Origin: Gemmatimonadota bacterium
GTDB lineage: Bacteria > Gemmatimonadota > Gemmatimonadetes > Gemmatimonadales > GWC2-71-9
Direction: 5' to 3'
NCBI GenBank assembly: GCA_039586365.1
Contig: JBDHKN010000093.1
Coordinates: forward strand, 1-30,921
Length of the DNA: 30,921 nucleotides
In this document: positions 1 through 9,732 of the stretch, one piece after another
Layout of the letters: the number at the start of each line of letters is the position of its first letter
How positions within the stretch are numbered: the first letter of the stretch is position 1
Notes under the pieces: generated by a model
Told to the model about the DNA's origin: nothing
The model's database searches: none
Seen by the model: only the letters and a program-made list of their open reading frames with translations
Program-made: the position numbers and the translations under genes

Positions 1-132
1 CTGGACGGAAGGCAGTGGACCGGACGATGGATCGAACAACTCGACATTGAAACTCACGAGCAGGTCCGGTCCGGTTGAGTCGCCACAGCTGGCTGCCGCA
101 ATGACCAGCAACGGCAAAAGCAGCAAACGCAC
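1..132 (-). CDS. Partial lipoprotein (5' end; runs off the window)
   Basis: Manual translation from GTG at 132: VRLLLLPLLVIAAASCGDSTGPDLLVSFNVELFDPSSGPLPSVQ, a hydrophobic signal followed by the lipobox AAS-C. The frame is open to the window edge. An alternative in-frame GTG lies at 165. Confidence 0.6.
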   Translation of the reverse strand, partial: MRLLLLPLLVIAAASCGDSTGPDLLVSFNVELFDPSSGPLPSVQ

Positions 133-542
133 TTTGTCAGTGAGAGAAGTCTCAATCAGCCGCACGCACTGCCTGACCGCGCCATCATGTCGCGAGTAGA
201 GGTTGTGTCTGGTGAGGACGTCAGGTGCTTGAGCCTGCAATGTATTGCCGAGTACAGGAGCGTTCAACGCTGCGGGAACAGCAGCAGGCTCGACGTGCCA
301 CCGGCCCAAGAGACCGCTTAGGCTGGTCGCGGTAGTCTCGTGGTCGAGAGGTCGGGAACAACTTCGCGCTGTCAGGCGTTCTTATAGCAGTGGAGGTTGA
401 ACGAGACGCGACTGGTGAGAGTATGCGCTTAACAATGAGGCCAGTGATGTCGTCTAGAAAGTAGGCAGAAGTGCTGGGCCCGGTGTGAGTCCGGCACCGC
501 GGTCGAGTCAGGCTAACTCCTAAGGGAGGAAAGGAGTTCAAC

Positions 543-947
543 ATGTACCGGAAAATGGCAGTAGCACTGGGAGCCGTGGCCCTCATGGCGGCCGTGACGT
601 TGCCCGCGAAGCTGTTTGCCGAATCAGTGGCTGCAGTCGATACGATTGCTGTCCCACGCATATCGGTACGAGTCGAGAACGGGAATTGGCTGGATATACG
701 GGTATACGCGGTGAACGAGAGCGGCGCGTACGACCGTCTTGGGACGGTGACGTCATTCAGTTCGAGTACGTTCCAGCTGCCCCGCTGGATGAGCGCCGCC
801 AACAGCCAGGTACAGCTGGTGGCAGTCCCTATCGGGTCGAACCGGAGCTATGCGGCGCAGCCCGTACTGGTGTCGCTGGGCGACGTTGTCGAGTGGAGGC
901 TCGCGAATAACCTGGCGCTCTCGAGTATCTGGGTGCGGGCAGGCTAA
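543..947 (+). CDS. Small secreted beta-rich hypothetical protein
   Basis: 134 aa, strong RBS (AAGGAG at 531-536), N-terminal signal peptide, beta-strand pattern (VRVENGNWLDIRVYAV...RLGTVTS), followed by a terminator hairpin. Confidence 0.8.
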   Translation: MYRKMAVALGAVALMAAVTLPAKLFAESVAAVDTIAVPRISVRVENGNWLDIRVYAVNESGAYDRLGTVTSFSSSTFQLPRWMSAANSQVQLVAVPIGSNRSYAAQPVLVSLGDVVEWRLANNLALSSIWVRAG

Positions 948-1003
948 ACTGAGGGCCCTGGGGCTCTCTCAACTCGGTCGGTGAGGTTCCCGGCTGGTTG
1001 GAC

Positions 1004-1036
1004 AAATGGGCGGCCTAGTCAGGCCGCCCATTTTGC
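1004..1036. terminator. Intrinsic terminator hairpin, probably bidirectional
   Basis: Perfect 13-bp stem AAATGGGCGGCCT-agtc-AGGCCGCCCATTT with a T-run, between convergent genes. Confidence 0.75.
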
Positions 1037-1175
1037 TACGGGTGGTGGACCCCCGGTCGGTGTCCTACGACCGTGCCGCTCGACGAGCCACCCACGTTGG
1101 GCTCGGCGTCAACGTCAGGATTTGCACCTCTGGTGAAACTGATTGCAGGGGGACTTCGGTTGGATCAAGCTACCT

Positions 1176-3800
1176 TCAGCGTCTAGGATAAAGCCATATC
1201 GTATTCAGCCAATTCTTCTCCTGGGGGTCTATCTGTAGAGCGGTATTGTATTCAGCCTCTGCCTGCTCTTGCATTCCTAGACGGAGGAGAATGTCGCCAC
1301 TGATACTGTGCTGTGTTGCCTCAAACCGCTTCTGTACCCTTTCTACCACAGCAGCGATTTTCTCATTGGTTTCTCCTATGTTGATAAGAGAGGGGAATAC
1401 GCTCTCTCTGGAATCCATGAGGTTTCGCAGATTTCGTAACAGGTACATGTCTGACACGAAGTACGCCATTGCAGGGACGAATTCCAAATACGGCCGATTG
1501 TCTGTGTTTATGTCAGCGTCTCCAGCGTACCTAGCTAGAGCTTCCTCACCCATCACAAACGAGCCCAGGAAATCAATGGGGTCAGTCACATTGAGCGGCT
1601 CTAACTCGCGTTGGACATTGCTCATTGCCAGCTTGCCACTCAATGATTGAAAGTCAACCTCAAGGCTCTCTTGGGTCCCAACTAGAATGACGTATTGTCT
1701 CAACGGTGTGAACCAGAGGGTGGAATGAGGAAACGCCGTTAGGAACGTCTTCGCTATCATCCTCACTTCCCGATCTGACAGCAAGTGGAACGGTAACCAT
1801 TGAACAAGCAGCCCATCGTTGGACAATCTCTCCTTGAGCAATTCATAGAACTCGAGGGCATAGAGGCTACCATTTCCGGCCATCTTGGGAGAAGTGGCAT
1901 CGACTGAAATGACATCGTATTCCTCGTCAGTCACCAGGGCGTAGTTTCTCCCGTCTCCCCTTATCAAGTTGAATCTGGGATCGCTGAGCACACCGTGATT
2001 GGTTTCCGGGAACCACCCTGCTGCAGCTACCACTGCAGGCACGAGTTCGACACAATCCACTGCCGCAACGTCGTACTGCATTACCCCCCAAGAGGTACCT
2101 CCTGATCCGAATCCCACTATGTTCACCCGCGGGGAAGGCACGTTACTCAAAAGCAGGGGCAAGTGCGCCAGTGCCCTTTGTATGTCTTGCATCGTGAGTG
2201 CTGTTCCAGCTACTGGAAATCCATTGACACTCAGAGTCCTATCGCCGACGCGATCGTCATATACCTTTACAGTGGCACCTATTCCTTCCTCATAGGAAAG
2301 CACCTCGGGGCTTTCGATTTCCTCATAGTATGATGTCAGGATGATCGCACCACTGGTGAGGTAGAAGGTCCCTACACTGCCGGACAGCAAGCCCAATCCG
2401 ACTACCGTCACCAACCTCATTCTGTATTGCATTCCCGGCTCAGACAGGACAAGCACGCAGCCAATAATGACATTGATGGCGGCGATCAGGATGATGCCGT
2501 TCTGCACCCCTATCAGTGGGATGAGCGCGAAGCCGGCTACAACGGAGCCAAAGACCCCTCCAATCGTGTTTACGGCATAGACATTCCCTAACGCGGTGCC
2601 TACCCTGTTGACGTTTCTCACATAGATCTTGCTTGCCAGAGGGAAAGCCATTCCCATGAGGACAGTAGGCACGAGCATGACCGCGAGGCTGTTGACGAAT
2701 CTCATACCCATCCACTTCCAGGGAAGCATCGAGTCGACAGACACATCTGCCATGCTCTGAAACACAGGGGGGGAGTTGCTCAGTATTGGAATTGCCAGGA
2801 TAGCAGATACCCCAATTAGTATCTCTGTAGATCCCAACCAGGCCAACAGCTTTCTGTTGGTGTCCACGAACCTCGCTATGAGCAAGCTGCCCACAGCTAT
2901 ACCCACCAGGAATGCTGTCAGGATCGTCGTGAATGCGTGGGTGGAATTGTCCAAGAAGAACACGAGGGCCCTCGTCCAAAACACCTCCAGAGCCAGGGCA
3001 CAAAAACCGGACAAACCGATGGCCCAAAGTGCCAGGTGAGCTGCCTTTGATGAAAACGCCTCTTCCCTGATCTCCTTCCGGTCCTTCTCGCGCTCCCTCG
3101 GCCTGGTGTCCACCACGCGGCGTACCGCTGGACGGCGACCCAGGGCCAAGACGACGCCTGCGATGAGGAGGTTCACAAACCCGGCGACGTAGGCGGTCTC
3201 CTTGACACCCAACATCAGGATGAAGAAGAACCCTGCTGTAAGGGTGCCTACAACTGCTCCAAAGGTGTTCACCGCATACAGCTGACCCACATGCCACCCC
3301 AGTCGCTCTTGTCTGGTAACGAAAAACTTGATGATGACTGGGAGGGTACCGCCCATTAGGGTGGCCGGGATGAGTAAGACCAAGAAAGAGAGCGCAAGCC
3401 TGATGAGACTGATACCATAGAAGCCTACAGCAAGATGCCGAGATATACTGACATAGATCTCCGTCAAACCGGAGAAGAGTAATGGCATCAGGAACGCGAA
3501 TATGCCAATCCCTGCTTCTAACAGTGCATATACGAGAAGAGGGTTTCTGCCCTTATCAACAACTCTGCCGAAGTAGACCCCACCCAAAGCCAGCCCACCA
3601 AAGAAGGATGCCAGAATGGTGCTGGTGGCAAAGGCGGTAGCACCAAATACGAGGGTGAGCATCCGCATCCACACTACTTCGTACGTCAGTCCGCAGGCTC
3701 CCGAGAGGAAAAACAACACCAGGATGACCAGTCGGACGGTGCCCTCCTGTGAGCGACTGATGCTGACTTCCTCCGAAGGCTCAATGTGTTTGTCTGTCAT
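1176..3800 (-). CDS. Fused MFS-like membrane domain / spermidine synthase-like SAM-fold protein with C-terminal TPR
   Basis: 874 aa. Two repeats of the TM block (SGACGLTYEVVW...PATLMGGTLP / SGFCALALEVFW...PTVLMGMAFP), then the motifs VGFGSGGT, VELVPAV, GDGRNY, YDVISVDA and NTDNRPYLEF. TPR-like C-terminus (AEAEYNTALQIDP). Confidence 0.88.
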   Translation of the reverse strand: MTDKHIEPSEEVSISRSQEGTVRLVILVLFFLSGACGLTYEVVWMRMLTLVFGATAFATSTILASFFGGLALGGVYFGRVVDKGRNPLLVYALLEAGIGIFAFLMPLLFSGLTEIYVSISRHLAVGFYGISLIRLALSFLVLLIPATLMGGTLPVIIKFFVTRQERLGWHVGQLYAVNTFGAVVGTLTAGFFFILMLGVKETAYVAGFVNLLIAGVVLALGRRPAVRRVVDTRPREREKDRKEIREEAFSSKAAHLALWAIGLSGFCALALEVFWTRALVFFLDNSTHAFTTILTAFLVGIAVGSLLIARFVDTNRKLLAWLGSTEILIGVSAILAIPILSNSPPVFQSMADVSVDSMLPWKWMGMRFVNSLAVMLVPTVLMGMAFPLASKIYVRNVNRVGTALGNVYAVNTIGGVFGSVVAGFALIPLIGVQNGIILIAAINVIIGCVLVLSEPGMQYRMRLVTVVGLGLLSGSVGTFYLTSGAIILTSYYEEIESPEVLSYEEGIGATVKVYDDRVGDRTLSVNGFPVAGTALTMQDIQRALAHLPLLLSNVPSPRVNIVGFGSGGTSWGVMQYDVAAVDCVELVPAVVAAAGWFPETNHGVLSDPRFNLIRGDGRNYALVTDEEYDVISVDATSPKMAGNGSLYALEFYELLKERLSNDGLLVQWLPFHLLSDREVRMIAKTFLTAFPHSTLWFTPLRQYVILVGTQESLEVDFQSLSGKLAMSNVQRELEPLNVTDPIDFLGSFVMGEEALARYAGDADINTDNRPYLEFVPAMAYFVSDMYLLRNLRNLMDSRESVFPSLINIGETNEKIAAVVERVQKRFEATQHSISGDILLRLGMQEQAEAEYNTALQIDPQEKNWLNTIWLYPRR

Positions 3801-4324
3801 CGCTTGCTTTGATATCCGGTGAGATTATCAAACAACGCTGTCTTGCATGATCGCTCTCTCCCAATGTCCATTGCCCAATCTCATCGAGATCGCCGTGATG
3901 TGTCTCGCTCCCGGTGCCACCACAGGTCATGGGTGTCACTAAGGAGAATGGTTAATGGCCAGACAGGCAATGTACCGGTCGCACTTTGTTGGACAAGTAG
4001 GCTGCTCGATCGTGTCGCATTGTTGTAAGCGCTCGGCGGATGTCGGCTAGGGTCCTGTGGCCGTGCTGCTCGATGTGCCAGACACGGTCATGGTCGCATC
4101 ACTGTGGCTGAGGTGGCCAAGAGCAGGGCAGCGCCGCTGTGGTGGCAGCATCGGGGGCTCTACAAGCAATGAACGCACGGCCGGTGACGGGTACACTGGC
4201 CCTGTTCGTTTATCAACGGTATTGTTCTTCCCAACATCCGGCAATCATCTAGGCAAGTGTATTGCCAAGACCTCCATCCAGCCGTAACGAAGGTGGCGCT
4301 CACGGGCCACGACGGAGCCCCGGC

Positions 4325-5974
4325 ATGACCCAGACAACTGTCTTTGCTGCGCAACGCAGTGTGATGTCGTTACACCGAGCAGTGAGACTTTCAGCTCGTG
4401 TGGTTGTCTCCTTCATTCTCTTCCTAGTCACCCTCGCTCAACCACTAGTCGCTCAAAGCACTGCCGATGACCGGGCGGCGTTATTCGACTACATACTCGC
4501 CAAGACGCTCGAAAGAGAGTCCTGGTCCCCGATCAAGAATCGCAACCTAGGGCTGGACGTGGAACGCGCCATGTTGCGGCTCAGGGACGAAGTGATTGCA
4601 GCCGACACCGAAGAGAAGCTGTACTACGCCCTGGCCAAGCTCAGCAATGCACGGAAGGATCGCCATTTGAGCGTCGGGTTGGTGCAGGGAGGGATCACGC
4701 TGCGCGACACTACTGGTGTGACCCAGGCAAACTATCCCGTACCGGGAACCCCGGTGCTGCATGCCCCGATCAAGTTCGCTACCGACTACGGGTCGGCGGG
4801 CGGTTACTTCGTGTTCGTGGCGGACTACGCCCGGAACATCGCCCGACTCTCAGACGGCTCAGTACCCCAGGTGGGTGACAAATTGGTTGCGGTCAACGGC
4901 CTGAGCTTCGCTGATTACGTCGCCGCCATCGAGCCCTACCACCGCTACTCGTCCGTGAACGGCCTGTGGTGGCAATTGGCGACTTGGGTTCCGCAGCGGA
5001 GCTATCAGTTTCCTCGAGGCTTCTACCGCGAGAACCTGGAGCTGCAGTTGGAGCGGCAGAGTGGCGAGCAGTACCAGTTGGTATTGCCTTACATGGCTCA
5101 GGATGAAATCGTGTGGCTGGGTCAGGGAGCGCAGCACTACCCGGGCTTCGCGCTGGTCTTCGCGACTCCGACGTTCGACTTGTACCGTTCCGCGCAGCCG
5201 GAGGCAATCCTGCTCAGCTGGCATCGCTTCGAGGCGAGTTTGCCGGATGACATCGATCGCCTGATGGACTACGCAGTCGAACACGACCTGCTGGATCACG
5301 CGGTGATCGTGGATGCGACGCGGAGCGGCGGTGGCTCGCTGGGCGCCTACGCAGTGCGACGGCTGTCACCCAAGCCGTTCAAGACCACGTTTGGCAACCT
5401 GCGTATCAGCGATGCCGCAGAGCAGTTTCTCCAGGAGCGTCGGCAGCGGGCCGCAGAGCGGGGTTTTTCCAGCCCCCGCCCCGGCGAGATCGACGACGGC
5501 AGGTGGTTGCTCGAGTGGCTCGAGAGCGACGTGGCTGCGGCGATCGAGGCAGGGCAGGGCTATTCGACGAATGTGCCGTTTAAGAACGCACACGCTCCCG
5601 CTTACTCAGATGGGATCCTCCAGCCGGCGGAAGTGCATTTCCGCGGTCCCATGGTGTGTTGGTTCGGCCCCTACGGGGGCTCACACCTCGATCAGTTCGC
5701 CTCGATCGTGATCGACAACGAACTCGGGCACAGCATGGGGATGCCCGCGGGAGGGTACAGCAACACCTGGGAACACGAGGAAGTGTTGACGTTTCCGATA
5801 AGCGGCGAGCCGGTCGTCTCGTTCATGTGGTCCATAGGGCACACGATCCGGTCCAACGGGGAGATCCTCGAGGGCAACCCCGCGCAGGTGGATGAGTTCA
5901 TCCCGGTCACGCGGGAGAACTACGGTGACTACTACGAGATCCTGTTGCGGCGCTCGCTGGAGCACCTCCGGTAG
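4325..5974 (+). CDS. Secreted S41-family-like (tail-specific protease-like) peptidase with PDZ-like segment
   Basis: Signal peptide ending LVA-Q; PDZ-like VGDKLVAVNG; DATRSGGG resembling DLRxNxGG; GGSHLDQFASIVIDNELGHSMGMPAGG resembling the S41 catalytic-Ser segment. Start uncertain (4325 or 4364). Confidence 0.65.
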   Translation: MTQTTVFAAQRSVMSLHRAVRLSARVVVSFILFLVTLAQPLVAQSTADDRAALFDYILAKTLERESWSPIKNRNLGLDVERAMLRLRDEVIAADTEEKLYYALAKLSNARKDRHLSVGLVQGGITLRDTTGVTQANYPVPGTPVLHAPIKFATDYGSAGGYFVFVADYARNIARLSDGSVPQVGDKLVAVNGLSFADYVAAIEPYHRYSSVNGLWWQLATWVPQRSYQFPRGFYRENLELQLERQSGEQYQLVLPYMAQDEIVWLGQGAQHYPGFALVFATPTFDLYRSAQPEAILLSWHRFEASLPDDIDRLMDYAVEHDLLDHAVIVDATRSGGGSLGAYAVRRLSPKPFKTTFGNLRISDAAEQFLQERRQRAAERGFSSPRPGEIDDGRWLLEWLESDVAAAIEAGQGYSTNVPFKNAHAPAYSDGILQPAEVHFRGPMVCWFGPYGGSHLDQFASIVIDNELGHSMGMPAGGYSNTWEHEEVLTFPISGEPVVSFMWSIGHTIRSNGEILEGNPAQVDEFIPVTRENYGDYYEILLRRSLEHLR

Positions 5975-6070
5975 TGGTGGGGGTAGTGGTGTCGTGCTGG
6001 CGGACCACCATGCAGACAGGTCCTCGAGCAGGCGGTAGGGTCCCGATTGTATCCAGGGCGAGACAATTGA

Positions 6071-6179
6071 TTGACTTGCGGCGGGGTCCCGGAGTGCACG
6101 TCAGTGAGCGGTTGCAGGACTTGGGATGCTGAGACTAGTCGCGAACTGCAGTGCGCGAAGGGACACCGCCGCAAGTCAA
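6071..6179. repeat. ~110-nt imperfect inverted repeat / long hairpin
   Basis: TTGACTTGCGGCGGGGTCCC (6071-6090) and GGGACACCGCCGCAAGTCAA (6160-6179) are complementary at 19 of 20 positions, and the interior shows further pairing. Confidence 0.8.
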
Positions 6180-6220
6180 CAACCCACGAACCTCTCACCA
6201 ACAGGTGTTGAATCCAACAA

Positions 6221-7471
6221 GTGAACGCCTCGAGGACTGAATCGACTCCCGGCCTCTACCAGCGCTACCGCCGCCTCTCGCTCGGCGTGAAGATCCTCGT
6301 CTTCATGGTGCTGGGGGCAGTCGCAGGTATCGTGGGGGGCGAGCGGGCCACGCTGTTGCAGCCGGTGGGAGACTTGTTCATCCGGCTCCTCATGATGGCG
6401 GTTATACCGCTGGTCTTTTTCAATCTGCTGGCGGGGATCACCAGCCTGACCGACGTGGGCGCCCTGGGGCGGCTCGGCGGCAAGATCATTCTCTACTACA
6501 TGCTCACCACCACCGTGGCGCTCGTGATCGGGCTCGTTGTGATGCACCTGTTGCAGCCAGGAGTGGGCATGCAGCTGGCCGGTCAGGTGGACGAGAGCTT
6601 TGGTGAAGTCCCCAGTGTTACCGACGTCTTCCTCGGGCTGATCCCGGAGAATCCGTTCGCGGCGTTCGCCTCCGGCAATGTGGCCCAGGTCGTGGTGTTC
6701 GCCATCTTCCTGGGAGTCGTGACGCTGCTGCTCCCGCAGAGGTCGCGTGAGCTGTTGCAGAACGCCTACGGCGTGTTGGCAGAGCTGTTCCGGAAGCTGG
6801 TGGGGGTGATCATGTACTTCGGGCCGATCGGGATCGGTGCTCTTACCGCGAGTACCGTGGGGGAATACGGCGCGGTGATCTTCGGTCCGCTGGCAGTGTT
6901 CATCGGGGGGGTGTGGGGTGGCCAGGCGATCATGGTCGTGTTCTACATGATCCTGCTCGTACTGTTCACGCGCTACACCCCCGGGGAGTTTCTCAAGCAG
7001 ACCGGACCGCTCTACGCCACCACCGCTGCCACCTGCAGCAGCCTGGCGAGCCTGGCGGTGTCTCTCGACGTTGCCGAGCAACGTATGCAGCTGCCGCGCA
7101 GCGTCTACTCGTTCACGTTGCCGCTGGGCGCGCAGCTCAACAAGGACGGCACCGCGATCATGCTAGCGGGAGTGCTACTGTTCACCGCTCAGGCGGCCGG
7201 CGTTGAATTCACGGTTGCCTCCCAGATAACGATTTTGCTGGTGGGTCTGATTCTCAGCAACGGGTCCGGTGGCATCCCGGGTGGAGGTTTCGTGGTTGCC
7301 TTGATCTTCGTCCAGGCGTTCAACCTGCCGCTCGAGATCGCCGCCATCGTAGGCGGCATATACCGACTCATCGACATGGGCAGCACGACTATCAATTGCA
7401 TGGGCGACATGGTCGGCACGACACTGGTCGCCCATTCGGAGCAGCGGCGCGAGGCGCGGGCGGCTGCTTGA
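6221..7471 (+). CDS. Dicarboxylate/amino acid:cation symporter (DAACS/SDF family)
   Basis: 416 aa, multiple TMs, with GDLFIRLLMM, LIPENPFAAF, HP1 TCSSLASL, LPLGAQLNKDGT, GIPGGG and IDMGSTTINCMGD. Confidence 0.92.
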   Translation: MNASRTESTPGLYQRYRRLSLGVKILVFMVLGAVAGIVGGERATLLQPVGDLFIRLLMMAVIPLVFFNLLAGITSLTDVGALGRLGGKIILYYMLTTTVALVIGLVVMHLLQPGVGMQLAGQVDESFGEVPSVTDVFLGLIPENPFAAFASGNVAQVVVFAIFLGVVTLLLPQRSRELLQNAYGVLAELFRKLVGVIMYFGPIGIGALTASTVGEYGAVIFGPLAVFIGGVWGGQAIMVVFYMILLVLFTRYTPGEFLKQTGPLYATTAATCSSLASLAVSLDVAEQRMQLPRSVYSFTLPLGAQLNKDGTAIMLAGVLLFTAQAAGVEFTVASQITILLVGLILSNGSGGIPGGGFVVALIFVQAFNLPLEIAAIVGGIYRLIDMGSTTINCMGDMVGTTLVAHSEQRREARAAA

Positions 7472-7486
7472 GGAGAGTGAACTGGC

Positions 7487-8701
7487 ATGGTGCAGCGTGT
7501 AGCAACAGCACATCGTGACATCAGGGCGGCGCGCGAGCTGTTTCCCGGTACGGAACAGTGGACCTACATGAACGTCGCCGTCCGTGGACTGCTGTCGACC
7601 AAGGTGCGAGCCGCTGTCGATACCTACATCGACGGACACATGTACGGCGGCTGGGACAAGCAGGCTGAGTTGGCGCTGATCGAGCGGACGCGAGAGAGCT
7701 TCGCGCGACTCATCAATGCCGAGGCAGACGAGGTCGCATTCACCAAGAATGCCTCTGAGGGTCTCAATGCAATAGCAGCATCGCTACCGTGGGAGGCCAG
7801 TGACAACTTGGTGTTCTGCCCCGAGCTGGAGCATCCCAACAACGTCTATCCCTGGCTCAATCTCAACAAACGCCTCGGTGTGGCGGTGCGCACCGTCGAA
7901 CCGGAGGACGGCAGCATCCCGGCGGACCGGATCGTGGCGCTCATGGACGAGAACACGCGGCTCGTGACGGTGCCCACCGTCTCCTTTTCACCTGGGTTCA
8001 TCACGGAAATGGCTCCCATTGCCGAGCGGTGTCGGGAGCTGGGGGCTTTCTTCCTGGTGGATGCCGCCCAGTCCATTGGGGTCGAGCACACCGATGTCAA
8101 CGCGATGGGTGTAGATGGCTTGGCCGTGGCGACGCAGAAGGGGATGCTGGCCTTCTACGGTACGGGGTTCCTTTACTGTCGCCGCGAGTGGGCCGGGCGG
8201 ATCAAGCCAGTGTACTTGGCCAGGTTCGGTGTGGCGTTGGATGCCGATGCGCACGAGACCGCAATGGATATCGATAGACTGGAGTACGGGCGTGGTGCCA
8301 GACGATTCGACCTGGGCAATTACAACTACCTGGGCGCAACCGCCGTGGAGGCTTCCCTGGAATTGCTCCACGAGCTTGGGACCCCAGCGATCGAGCAGTA
8401 CGTACGTGGGCTGGCTCATCGACTGATCGAGGGAATGCTGGAATTGGGTCTTCCGGTAGCGGGTGGGTCAGCGGGGCCCCACATCGGCCACATCGTGGCC
8501 GTGGGCAAGAGTGGCGGAGGGCGCCACTACACCGCCGACGATCCCAGGATGAACAGCCTGCACGATTACCTGAGCGATAACGGCGTGAAGCTGGCTATCA
8601 GACGCGGTTTACTGCGCTTCTCACTCCACGTGTACAACAACGCCGACGATGTCGACCGGGTGCTGGAGTTGACGCGCAACTGGTTGCAGAAAGGGGTCTA
8701 G
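7487..8701 (+). CDS. Class-V PLP-dependent enzyme (aminotransferase-V fold; lacks the cysteine-desulfurase catalytic Cys)
   Basis: YMNVA, FTKNASEGLN, LEHPNN, VDAAQSIG, ATQKG (PLP Lys), RFSLHVYN. It starts 15 bp after the transporter, with RBS GAGGAG. Confidence 0.88.
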   Translation: MVQRVATAHRDIRAARELFPGTEQWTYMNVAVRGLLSTKVRAAVDTYIDGHMYGGWDKQAELALIERTRESFARLINAEADEVAFTKNASEGLNAIAASLPWEASDNLVFCPELEHPNNVYPWLNLNKRLGVAVRTVEPEDGSIPADRIVALMDENTRLVTVPTVSFSPGFITEMAPIAERCRELGAFFLVDAAQSIGVEHTDVNAMGVDGLAVATQKGMLAFYGTGFLYCRREWAGRIKPVYLARFGVALDADAHETAMDIDRLEYGRGARRFDLGNYNYLGATAVEASLELLHELGTPAIEQYVRGLAHRLIEGMLELGLPVAGGSAGPHIGHIVAVGKSGGGRHYTADDPRMNSLHDYLSDNGVKLAIRRGLLRFSLHVYNNADDVDRVLELTRNWLQKGV

Positions 8702-8861
8702 GATTCGGACGCACAGAGATCTTGCAGACCCCGGCATGTGAATCACCGTTGTGGAGCAGCGCGCCGAGCCGGATGGCTCCATGGCGGCGCCGCGGAGGTT
8801 CATTACGGACCCTCAACAAGAGCTACAGCGGATGATGAGGAACAGGAACGGGGACGGGTGC

Positions 8862-9716
8862 ATGGCTCTGGGTAAGGTAGTGGGGGTTGGAGCGGCCTGG
8901 ACTGTGTTGTCGTTGGGTTTGGCTTGTGGCGGTGAGACAGGAGCGGGGCCCGGGCCCGAACCCGAGGTTCCTTGCACGCGCGCCACGGCAGCCGCAGGGA
9001 CAGGGGAGAACCTGGCACAGGCTGCCGCTGCCGGGGTTCGTGACGTGGCGGGTCGCCGTGTGGCACTGATCGCGAACGCTACGGTGCGGTTGGGTCCGGA
9101 AGCCGCTGCCGGCGATGCCAAGCCGGGCGTCAACTTCGTGCGGCTCGGCAACGATCGCGACTGGGCGCGAAACCTGGCCTCGATCCGGAAAGCTCGGGAC
9201 ACGACGGACATCGTGCTGGCATACCAGCATTTCCAGGTCGAGGAAGACGACATAGTGCCGGGCAACCGCTTCGGCCACGACCAAGTGGAGGACCTGGAAG
9301 AGTGGCAACGCTCATGGGCGCATGCAGTCATCGAAGCTGGAGCAGACCTCTACATGGCTCACGGATCACGTGAGTTCAAGGGAGTCGAGATTTACAACGG
9401 TCGGCCGATCTTCTACGGATTGGGCAACTTCATATTCCACTCGGGACAACCGATCGGGCGGTATTCCCACGAGGTGTGGGAGAGCGTGATCGCAACAGTC
9501 ACGTTCGTGGGTGACGAGCCAGTGAGCGTCGAATTCGTCCCGATCGTGCTCGATGAGGGCACACCCGGTGAGAATTTCCTGCAACGCCGGGGGGTGCCGG
9601 AGCTAGCCGAGGGTGAGCTTGCCGCCGCCGTTCTGTCGCGTCTTGCAGCGCTGTCGGCGGAGCTAGGCACTAACTTCCGGATCGATGGAGAGAAGGGAAG
9701 CCTCCAACTGCACTGA
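8862..9716 (+). pseudogene. CapA/PGA_cap metallophosphoesterase-family C-terminal half fused in frame to a lipoprotein N-terminus (chimeric or internally deleted)
   Basis: The lipobox GLAC and a Pro-rich linker join directly to AGTGENLAQA...PGVN...HG..KGVEIYNGRPIFYGLGNFIF. The N-terminal CapA motifs (NLE, ANNH) are absent. Confidence 0.65.
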
Positions 9717-9732
9717 GGAGGACCACAAGGTC

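Noticed and set aside
4047..4287. Small ORFs and a CTAG-flanked IS-like end between the spermidine synthase and S41 genes
   Set aside because: No matching inverted end, no transposase, and no recognisable protein motif in any frame.
7487..8701. Calling the class-V enzyme sufS/iscS
   Set aside because: The catalytic Cys motif (RxGHHCA or SSGSAC) is absent and there are no Fe-S assembly neighbours.
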